The translations under genes and the position numbers were made by a program. Shown here piece by piece: positions 27,288 through 34,603 of a DNA stretch of 64,000 nucleotides. Each line of letters starts with the position of its first letter. Positions within the stretch are counted from its first letter, which is position 1. The notes beneath the pieces were generated by a model, which saw nothing but the letters and a program-made list of their open reading frames with translations, did no database searches and was not told where the DNA came from. Origin of the DNA: Steroidobacteraceae bacterium (lineage in GTDB: Bacteria; Pseudomonadota; Gammaproteobacteria; Steroidobacterales; Steroidobacteraceae); NCBI GenBank assembly GCA_035300445.1, contig DATGVL010000048.1:13361-77360 (forward strand). The letters run 5' to 3'.

Positions 27288-28712
27288 ATGAGCAAGGCGC
27301 TACCTGTCGCCGCCGCGACTCTGCTCTTCATCGCAGGCGCGCCCGCACGCCCGCAGACGCCCTCCGCCGAGCAGCGCTTCCGCGAGCTGTACAAGGAGTT
27401 GGTCGAGACGAACACCAGTCTGTCCGCCGGCAGCTGCACGCTGGCCGCCGAGCGCATGGCGGCGCGCCTCAAGGCTGCCGGGTTCACCGACGAGGAGCTG
27501 CATTTGTTTACCCCGCCCGGACATCCGCGGGAGGGCGGATTGGTGGCGGTTTATCCGGGGCGCAACGCGAAGCTCAAGGCGGTTCTGCTGCTGGCGCACC
27601 TTGATGTGGTCGAGGCGAAGCGCGAAGACTGGACGCGCGATCCGTTCACGCTCGTGGAAGAGAACGGCAATTTCTACGCGCGCGGGGCCGTGGACGACAA
27701 GGCCGAAGGTGCGATGTGGGTCGACACGCTGGTGCGCTTGCGCGAACAGAATTACCGGCCGCTGCGCACGCTGAAACTCGCGCTCACCTGCGGTGAAGAG
27801 ACCACTGGCGCCCTGAACGGCGCCCAATGGCTCACCCAAAACCGGCGCGACCTCATCGACGCGGCGTTTGCGATCAATGAGGGGGCGCGTGGCGAGCTCG
27901 ACGCCGAGGGGCACCGCGTTGCCCTGGAAGTCCAGGCGGGCGAGAAGACCTCGCAGAACTACCGCCTCGAGGTCACTAATTCCGGAGGACACAGCTCGCT
28001 GCCCGTGAAAGACAACGCCATCTATCGACTCGCGGGCGCCCTGAAGAGGATCGAGGCCTACACCTTCCCGCCGCAGTTCACCGACGGCAACCGCGCGTAC
28101 TTCACTGGCATGGCAAAGATACAAGCGGCCAGGGGCGAACCGGCCATCGCCAACGCCATGCAGGCCTTGGTGCGCGATCCGGCCGATGAGCAGGCGATCG
28201 CGCTGGTGTCCGCGAAAGATCCGGGTTGGAACGCGACATTGCGCACGACGTGCGTTGCAACCATGCTGGACGCCGGACACGCGACCAACGCCTTGCCGCA
28301 GCGGGCGAGGGCGAACATCAACTGCCGCATCTTTCCTGGCGTCACGCAAGAGGCTGTGCGTGCGCAGCTCGAAGAGCTGGTGGCCGACCCGGCGGTCAAG
28401 GTAACGACGCTCGAGACGCGAGGGCCGAGTTCCCCACCCCCGCCACTGACGCGCGAAATCCTGGCACCGGTGGAGAAGCTCGCGGCACAGTTCTGGCCGG
28501 GTGTGCCGGTGCTGCCGATTCTGCAGCCAGGCGCGACCGATGGCCAATTCCTGAACGCGACTGGCATCCCGACCTACGGCATCGAGCCGCTATTCCTGGG
28601 CCCGGATTTCGGCCACATCCATGGCCTCAACGAGTACGTCAGCGTGAAGTCGCTGGTGGAGTGTCGCGACTTCCTTTACCGCCTGGTGAAGATCTACGCG
28701 GACCAGAGATGA
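27288..28712 (+). CDS. Secreted M20-family metallopeptidase (carboxypeptidase/ArgE-DapE-like)
   Basis: Signal peptide MSKALPVAAATLLFIAGAPARPQ. LLLAHLDVVEA, RGAVDDKA and TCGEET motifs of the M20 family. Confidence 0.8.
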   Translation: MSKALPVAAATLLFIAGAPARPQTPSAEQRFRELYKELVETNTSLSAGSCTLAAERMAARLKAAGFTDEELHLFTPPGHPREGGLVAVYPGRNAKLKAVLLLAHLDVVEAKREDWTRDPFTLVEENGNFYARGAVDDKAEGAMWVDTLVRLREQNYRPLRTLKLALTCGEETTGALNGAQWLTQNRRDLIDAAFAINEGARGELDAEGHRVALEVQAGEKTSQNYRLEVTNSGGHSSLPVKDNAIYRLAGALKRIEAYTFPPQFTDGNRAYFTGMAKIQAARGEPAIANAMQALVRDPADEQAIALVSAKDPGWNATLRTTCVATMLDAGHATNALPQRARANINCRIFPGVTQEAVRAQLEELVADPAVKVTTLETRGPSSPPPPLTREILAPVEKLAAQFWPGVPVLPILQPGATDGQFLNATGIPTYGIEPLFLGPDFGHIHGLNEYVSVKSLVECRDFLYRLVKIYADQR

Positions 28713-28728
28713 GGCCGGCGCGGTGCGC

Positions 28729-30558
28729 TCATCCGCGCACGTAACTTCCGGGCGCATCCTCGAGCGCACGGTGCGCCGCGCCGGCAGCGGCGGCCAGGGT
28801 GCGGGCGAGTTGTCGTTTCGCGGTGGAATGCTCGATCAGCCAGTTCTGCCAGGCCGGCCACCACGAGCCCTCCAGCGGCGGCGCGCTGTTCAACCACTCA
28901 TCCGCTGACGGCCTGTCGGTGGCGTTGGACCAGGTGAGCATGCGGTGCCGGCGCCGCGGGTGCACCGGGCCGCTGACGATGCCGGCGTTGTGGCCGCCGC
29001 TCGTCAGGAGAAAGGTGTAATCGGCGCTGCGCGTCAGGTCGCGCACCTTGTACACCGAACGCCATGGAGCCACGTGGTCGGTCTCGGTTCCGACCACGAA
29101 CATGGGCGCGCGCAGCGAGGACAGATCGACCCGCTCGCCCCTGACGGTGAACTCACCGCGCGCCAGCTCGTTCCTGAGGTACAGCCGCTCCAGATACTCG
29201 CTGTGCATGCGCCGGGGCATGCGCGTGCCGTCGGCGTTCCAGGCCATGAGATCGTTGAGCTTGGGGCGTTCGCCACGCATGTACTGATCGACCGCCGGCT
29301 TCCACAGCAGGTCGCGCGAGCGCAGCAGGGCGAATGCCGCGCCCATGCGCTCGCTCTCGAGCACCCCTGACTTCTCCATCATCGCCTCGAGCATGGCGAT
29401 CTGGCTCGGCGTGATGAACACCGACAGCTCTCCGGGTTCGCTGAAGTCAGTCTGGGCTGCGAGCAGAGTCAAGGACGCGAACGGTTTGTCGCCCGCCCGG
29501 GCGAGCGCCGCCGCGGCGATCGCCAGCAGCGTGCCGCCGATGCAATAGCCGACCGCGTGCACCTTGCGCTGCGGAATGAGGCGCCGCACCTGGGCCAGCG
29601 CATCCAGGAACCCGAGCTGCAGGTAGTCGTCCATACCCAGCTCGCGGTCCGCCGCGCCCGGGTTCTTCCAGGAGATCATGAATACCGTATGACCTTTCTC
29701 GACCAGGTAGCGCACCAGGGAATTGCGCGGCGACAGGTCGAGAACGTAGTACTTCATGATCCACGCCGGGGTGATCAGGATAGGCTCGGCGTACACCTCG
29801 GGCGTCTGCGGCGTGTACTGCAGCAGCTCGATGAGCCGGTTGCGGAACACCACCTTGCCGGGTGTCACCGCCACCTCCTTGCCCACTTCGAACTGCTCGG
29901 TTCCGGCCGCGCGCGCCCCGCTCACCGCACGTTGCGCGTCCTCGAGCCAGTTCTTCAGTCCACGGATGAGATTCTGGCCCGATTCCGCCGCGGTCTTGTT
30001 GAGCAGCTCGGGATTGGTTTGCAGGAAATTCGCCGGCGAGGCGGCCTCGAGCAGCAGCCGCCCGGCGAAATTCAGGCGCGACAGCTCCGGGTCGGCTGCT
30101 GCTGCCGGCGGCTGCAGGGCCTGTTGCCACCACGAGGCCCAGTTGGCGTACGTGCGTGCGTAGGCGTTGAAAGGCCACACGTTCCACGAGGTATCGCTGA
30201 ACCCCAGCTCTTCGTGCCCCGGGGCGAGCGGCGTGCCGCCGGCGGCGCGCGCCATGAACTGCCAGCTGTCGAGGATCTTCTGGTAGGCGCTGCGCGCCAG
30301 CTGCGCCTGACGCGGCGGTTGCGTGGCGAGCTTCAGGTACCACTCCCACCAGGCGTTGAGGTAATCATCCGGAGCGAGCCCTCCGGTGAGTGCGGCGAGC
30401 TGAGCACGCAAGTGGCGCTCGATCTCCGCCTTCAGCGGCGCTCTGGCCGCCTCGGCAGCCGGGGGAGCCTCGCGTGCGCCGGCGCTGGTGCGCGCCCTGG
30501 GCGCTGCCCGGCGTGTGCGCGCCCGGGCCTTGGCTCTCTTCTTCGCGTGGACGGTCAA
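28729..30558 (-). CDS. phaC: Class I poly(3-hydroxyalkanoate) synthase
   Basis: Lipase box VGYCIGGTLL, PILITPAWIMKYYVLDL, GTETDHVAPW and SGGHNAG. Start chosen at TTG 30558, preceded by GAGGAG with 6-nt spacing. The track ORF extends to TTG at 30618, 4 nt after the phaP stop. Confidence 0.9.
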   Translation of the reverse strand: MTVHAKKRAKARARTRRAAPRARTSAGAREAPPAAEAARAPLKAEIERHLRAQLAALTGGLAPDDYLNAWWEWYLKLATQPPRQAQLARSAYQKILDSWQFMARAAGGTPLAPGHEELGFSDTSWNVWPFNAYARTYANWASWWQQALQPPAAAADPELSRLNFAGRLLLEAASPANFLQTNPELLNKTAAESGQNLIRGLKNWLEDAQRAVSGARAAGTEQFEVGKEVAVTPGKVVFRNRLIELLQYTPQTPEVYAEPILITPAWIMKYYVLDLSPRNSLVRYLVEKGHTVFMISWKNPGAADRELGMDDYLQLGFLDALAQVRRLIPQRKVHAVGYCIGGTLLAIAAAALARAGDKPFASLTLLAAQTDFSEPGELSVFITPSQIAMLEAMMEKSGVLESERMGAAFALLRSRDLLWKPAVDQYMRGERPKLNDLMAWNADGTRMPRRMHSEYLERLYLRNELARGEFTVRGERVDLSSLRAPMFVVGTETDHVAPWRSVYKVRDLTRSADYTFLLTSGGHNAGIVSGPVHPRRRHRMLTWSNATDRPSADEWLNSAPPLEGSWWPAWQNWLIEHSTAKRQLARTLAAAAGAAHRALEDAPGSYVRG

Positions 30559-30622
30559 GGCGGTCTCCTCAAGACTCACACCCGGGAGCGTCTGCCCCCG
30601 GGTGTGGGATACCGCCAAGATA

Positions 30623-30979
30623 TCAGGCCGCTTTGCGCGCAGGCACTGCCTTCGCGGCGATTTCGCTTCCCAGCTCGGTGAAGCGGCTCTGGATCTCGGA
30701 GGTCACCGTCGCGAACTCCTCGGCGCGCGTACGCAGCTTGTCCACCAACTGAGTGGTGAGCTCGGCGTGCTTGTTGACCAGCTCGGTGGCGTTGGTGGCG
30801 CTGAACGCAACGTTCACGCGCGCCAGGCCGCTCTCGAGCACGTCGCCGGCGACGGCGTACTGCAGCCGCGCCAGGCGCTCGAGGGTCTTGAAGCCTTCCT
30901 GCTGCGCCTTGAGAACCGGGGCGAACGCCTCACGGGCGGCGGCAATCATCGTGGTGGGGTCGAAAGTGCGGTCGATCAT
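30623..30979 (-). CDS. phaP: Phasin (PHA granule-associated protein)
   Basis: 118-aa Ala/Glu/Leu-rich helical protein (KAQQEGFKTLERLARLQYAVAGDVLESGL...) immediately upstream of phaC. ATG at 30979 is preceded by GGAGAA. Confidence 0.8.
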   Translation of the reverse strand: MIDRTFDPTTMIAAAREAFAPVLKAQQEGFKTLERLARLQYAVAGDVLESGLARVNVAFSATNATELVNKHAELTTQLVDKLRTRAEEFATVTSEIQSRFTELGSEIAAKAVPARKAA

Positions 30980-31019
30980 GGTCGTTTTCTCCGGTGCGTC
31001 TGTGTCTCCAATGCGCAGC

Positions 31020-31047
31020 ATTGTACAGCAGTTTGTATGCACTGCAA
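31020..31047 (-). promoter_or_regulatory. Putative sigma70-type promoter of phaP overlapping a candidate PhaR operator
   Basis: The minus strand reads TTGCAG (31047-31042), a 16-nt spacer, then TACAAT (31025-31020), 41-68 nt upstream of the phaP ATG. The spacer and -35 carry TGCAGTGCATACA, which recurs at 11/13 identity upstream of phaR. Confidence 0.4.
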
Positions 31048-31080
31048 GAGAAACATCAAGTCCCGGATCGAGTTGAGATT

Positions 31081-31107
31081 TTTATATATAAGCTACTAAT
31101 ATATAAA
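31081..31107. repeat. AT-only near-perfect inverted repeat in an AT-rich island
   Basis: TTTATATATAA-GCTAC-TAATATATAAA, with arms matching at 10 of 11 positions. It lies in the only conspicuously AT-rich stretch of the window (about 31060-31140), between the SDR gene stop and the phaP promoter. Confidence 0.7.
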
Positions 31108-31182
31108 CAATTACTACGGTGTTTTGACATGATAAAGGTCAGATTCGTGGGCAGAGTTTTTGCGATGCACCTCAAGAATGTC

Positions 31183-31944
31183 TCACATGCGCAGGCCGGC
31201 ATCGACTTCGAGGCAGCGTCCCGTGAACAGCTCGCTCTCGAATATGAAGCCGACCGCGTGCGCGATCTCCTCCGGCTCGCCCAGGCGCCCGAGCGGTATG
31301 GGTGAGGTCATCTTCGCCAGCGCCTCGGGCTTCATGCTCTCCACCATGGGGGTGCGAATGAACCCCGGTGCGACTGCGCCCACGCGGATGCCGTAGCGCG
31401 CCAGCTCCTTCGCCCACACCACGGTCATCGCCGCCACGCCCGCCTTGGAGGCGGTGTAATTGGTCTGCCCGACATTACCGGCGCGCGAGATGCTCGAGAC
31501 ATTGACGATCACGCCGCCGACGGCGCGGTTGATCATGCGCAGCGCCGCTTCGCGCGCGCACAGGAACACCCCGGTGAGATTCACGTCGATGACCGCCTGC
31601 CACTGCGCGAGCGTCATCTTGCCGACCACCTGACCGTCCTTCACCTTGACGAGCAGGCCATCGCGCACGATGCCGGCATTGTTGATGAGGCCATCGAGGC
31701 GCCCGAAATGCGCCGTCACCTGATCGAGCGCACCCACCACGCTGTCCTCGTTGGCAACATCGGCGACGTAACTGCGTGCCACGACGCCCACCGCGGTACA
31801 GCGCGTGCAGCTCTCGGCCAGGTCTTCGCTGTTGGTGTCCAGCAGGGCAAGATTGGCGCCCTTGCGGGCGAAGTGCACGGCGAGCGAGCGGCCGATGCCG
31901 CGCCCGGCTCCGGTCACGAGAATGGTTTTGCCGCGAACATCCAC
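31183..31944 (-). CDS. Short-chain dehydrogenase/reductase (3-oxoacyl reductase-like)
   Basis: KTILVTGAGRGIGRSLA, NNAG and SSISRAGNVGQTNYTASKAG catalytic Ser-Tyr-Lys context. Located between phaR and phaP. Confidence 0.8.
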   Translation of the reverse strand: MDVRGKTILVTGAGRGIGRSLAVHFARKGANLALLDTNSEDLAESCTRCTAVGVVARSYVADVANEDSVVGALDQVTAHFGRLDGLINNAGIVRDGLLVKVKDGQVVGKMTLAQWQAVIDVNLTGVFLCAREAALRMINRAVGGVIVNVSSISRAGNVGQTNYTASKAGVAAMTVVWAKELARYGIRVGAVAPGFIRTPMVESMKPEALAKMTSPIPLGRLGEPEEIAHAVGFIFESELFTGRCLEVDAGLRM

Positions 31945-31981
31945 GGGCGGATCACTCCTGCGGTGGTGCGCGAGGCGCGCT

Positions 31982-32485
31982 TCAGCCGCGACGCTTGTCG
32001 GACTCGGCTTTGGGTGGCGCGGCGCCGCCGGCGGGCGCCGCGGTCGGGGTGAAGGCCGACAGCATCGATGCCTGCATCTTGGCCCACATTTCCATGTTCT
32101 GGCGCGCCATCTCCGCGATCGGCGCCATGGGTGTTTCGAGCGCCTTGGCCATCTCGGCCTGCATGAGATTCTGCTGGCGCAGCAGCCCGCCGATGCTCTG
32201 CTCCAGGTAGGAGGTCAGCATCTGCTGTATCGGATTACCGTAGAAGCGGATGATGGCCTCGAGCAGCTGCAGACTCAGCACCGGGGTTCCGAACTGCTCC
32301 TGGCTGGCGATGATCTGCAGCAGGATGCTGCGCGTGATGTCGTCGCCGCTCTTGTCGTCCACCACCTTGATCCGCTGGCCGCCGGCGATCAGCTTGCGCA
32401 GGTCATCGAGGGTGACGTGGCGGCTGTCGTGCGCGTCGTACAGGCGCCGGTTGGCGTATTTGCGTATCAGGCGCTCTTCGGCCAT
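31982..32485 (-). CDS. phaR: PHA synthesis repressor PhaR
   Basis: MAEERLIRKYANRRLYDAHDSRHVTLDDLRKLI...ITRSILLQIIASQE is the hallmark PhaR N-terminal DNA-binding region. Confidence 0.92.
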   Translation of the reverse strand: MAEERLIRKYANRRLYDAHDSRHVTLDDLRKLIAGGQRIKVVDDKSGDDITRSILLQIIASQEQFGTPVLSLQLLEAIIRFYGNPIQQMLTSYLEQSIGGLLRQQNLMQAEMAKALETPMAPIAEMARQNMEMWAKMQASMLSAFTPTAAPAGGAAPPKAESDKRRG

Positions 32486-32568
32486 GTTTGCGGTCTTTCA
32501 GCCGGCCACACGGGCGCGAGCCCGAGGACGCAGGCGGCACTTGAAACGGGGTCGGATGGTAGCCCCTA

Positions 32569-32581
32569 TGTATGCAGCGCA
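32569..32581 (-). promoter_or_regulatory. Candidate PhaR operator upstream of phaR (autoregulation)
   Basis: The plus strand TGTATGCAGCGCA matches TGTATGCACTGCA at 31034-31046 (11/13, including an identical 8-mer TGTATGCA). It has the same orientation relative to the downstream minus-strand gene and lies 84-96 nt upstream of the phaR ATG. Confidence 0.35.
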
Positions 32582-32709
32582 CAATGATGGTTTTCACGAT
32601 CCTGGTATCGGACCACCCGGGTAAAAAGATGGGTTTCCACCGCTCGGTCCCGCCCCCCGCCTGAGGGCGTCGTCGTCCTTGCGACCTGGTTTTCGGCAGC
32701 GCATACAAC

Positions 32710-33507
32710 ATGGAAACGCCCTTCACCCGTCCCGCCTTCAAGCCCGACGCGGCTTTTGCCAGCGCCGCGGAGCGCTTCTTCGAGCTGCTGAAGACCTTTG
32801 GCATGCCCGGCGCGGCTGCGGCGGGCGACGCTCAGGACTGGTCCTCACTGGCGGGCACGCTGGCCGGGCAGTTCGAAGCTTGGCTCAGGAGCTCCCAGTC
32901 GGCCGGTCCCTGGTTCGCCGCCGCGAATGCCGCATCGCCGGGTCCGGGCGGGGGATTCGGTGCCGCCCAACCCGGGTCCTTCGGTCCGTTGCCGCTCGGC
33001 GCGGGGGCCGCCCCCCAACAGGACGCACAACGCACCTGGGATCTGTTCGCGCGACTCGCGCAGCTGCAGGGACAACTCGCCTCGCACTGGAGCGAGATCG
33101 CCAACAGCGCCGCGCGGCGCTTCGTCACGCGCCTGGGAGCTGCGGCGGGCGGCGCGCCGACGCTCGACAACGCTCTGAAGCTCTACGAGCTGTGGGTGAA
33201 TTGCGCCGAGGAAAGCTACGCCGCGACGGTGCGCAAGGATGACTTCTGCCGCCTGCAGGCGGAACTCGCGAACACCTCGGCCGCACTGCTGGTGGAGCAG
33301 CGCCGGCACGCCGAGACGCTGGTGCGCGCCTTCGGACTGCCGAGCCGCAACGAGGTGGACGCGCTGTACGCGCAGCTGAAGGATCTGCGCCGCCAGCTCG
33401 CCGAGCTCACCGATGCGGTGCCCGCCAGGGGGGCGGGCGCGAAGCGCCGCGCGGCGCGCGCAGGGGGCACGCGGCGTCGCAACCGTGCGCGGAAGCCACG
33501 CGCTTGA
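32710..33507 (+). CDS. phaE: Class III PHA synthase subunit PhaE
   Basis: C-terminal region LYELWVNCAEESYAATVRKDDF...FGLPSRNEVDALYAQLKDLRRQLAEL is typical of PhaE. Lies directly upstream of, and overlaps, the class III phaC. Confidence 0.75.
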   Translation: METPFTRPAFKPDAAFASAAERFFELLKTFGMPGAAAAGDAQDWSSLAGTLAGQFEAWLRSSQSAGPWFAAANAASPGPGGGFGAAQPGSFGPLPLGAGAAPQQDAQRTWDLFARLAQLQGQLASHWSEIANSAARRFVTRLGAAAGGAPTLDNALKLYELWVNCAEESYAATVRKDDFCRLQAELANTSAALLVEQRRHAETLVRAFGLPSRNEVDALYAQLKDLRRQLAELTDAVPARGAGAKRRAARAGGTRRRNRARKPRA

Positions 33508-34568
33508 GGCCGTTCGCCCCCGGCGCCGAGGCGCTGTTTCCGGAACTCACTGTGCGGATCGCCGCCACCCTGGCACGGCTGCGCGAGGTGCAGGGCGTCA
33601 CGGTCGGCTGCTCGGCGAAGCGCGCCGTGTGGAGCTGCGGCAAGACGACTCTGCATCAGTATCTGCCGCTCGCACCGGCGCCGCCGCGCGCCCGCGGCAG
33701 GCCCGTGCTCATCTGCTTTGCGCTCGTCAACCGCCCGTACGTGCTCGACCTGCAGCCGGATCGTTCGCTGGTGCGCCGGCTGCTGGCGGCGGGCCTGTCG
33801 GTGTATCTGATCGACTGGGGCGATCCGGACGATGCCGAGCGCTGTCTCGATCTGGAGGACTACATCGAGGGCCATCTCGGCGGCTGCGTGCGCCACATCC
33901 TCGACAGCCGCGCAGGCGAGGCGCTGGATCTGCTCGGAGTCTGCCAGGGCGGCGTGCTGAGCCTGTGCTACACGGCGCTGCACCGCAAACAGGTGGCGAA
34001 TCTCGTGACGCTGACCACCCCGGTAGATTTTCACACGCCCGACAACCTGCTCTCGAAGTGGGTGCAAGGGCTCGACACCGAGCTCCTCATGCGCAGCGCC
34101 AACGTGCCGGGCGAGGTACTCAACGGACTGTTCCTGTCGCTCATGCCGTTCCGCCTGACGCAGCACAAGTACGTGCGGCTGCTCACCGGCAACTGCGATC
34201 GGCGCACGCTGGAGGACTTCGTGCGCATGGAGAGGTGGATCTTCGACTGCCCGCCGCAGGCGGCGGTCGCGCTGGCGCAGTTCGTCAGGTGGTTCTATCA
34301 GGAGAACCGCCTGGCCCGCGGGACGCTGCGCATCGGTGGCCGCAGGGTGGACCTGGGAGAGATCCGCCAGCCGGTGCTGAATCTCTACGCGCTCGAGGAT
34401 CACATTGTGCCGCCGGCCGCCTCGTCCGCCATGCAGCGCTACCTCGGCAGCGCCGATTACACCGGCTGCGGCATCGACACCGGACACATCGGCATGTACG
34501 TCAGCCGCAAAGCCGCACACTCGGTCCCGCAGCGCATCGTCGCCTGGCTGAAGGAACACAGTTCCTGA
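33504..34568 (+). CDS. phaC: Class III PHA synthase catalytic subunit PhaC
   Basis: 354 aa. ALVNRPYVLDLQPDRSLV, YLIDWGDPD, lipase-like box LLGVCQGGV, TPVDFHTP, EDHIVPP and GHIGMYVS closely follow Allochromatium-type PhaC. The TTG start overlaps the phaE stop (TTGA). Confidence 0.9.
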   Translation: MRPFAPGAEALFPELTVRIAATLARLREVQGVTVGCSAKRAVWSCGKTTLHQYLPLAPAPPRARGRPVLICFALVNRPYVLDLQPDRSLVRRLLAAGLSVYLIDWGDPDDAERCLDLEDYIEGHLGGCVRHILDSRAGEALDLLGVCQGGVLSLCYTALHRKQVANLVTLTTPVDFHTPDNLLSKWVQGLDTELLMRSANVPGEVLNGLFLSLMPFRLTQHKYVRLLTGNCDRRTLEDFVRMERWIFDCPPQAAVALAQFVRWFYQENRLARGTLRIGGRRVDLGEIRQPVLNLYALEDHIVPPAASSAMQRYLGSADYTGCGIDTGHIGMYVSRKAAHSVPQRIVAWLKEHSS

Positions 34569-34603
34569 TGCCCCACGGCGGCGCAGCGGCCCGCCGAGCC
34601 AGG

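Noticed and set aside
31081-31107. AT palindrome considered as a Rho-independent terminator for the SDR gene.
   Set aside because: The stem would consist of A-U pairs only, and on the transcribed (minus) strand it is followed by AAATCTC, not a U-run. It therefore does not fit an intrinsic terminator.
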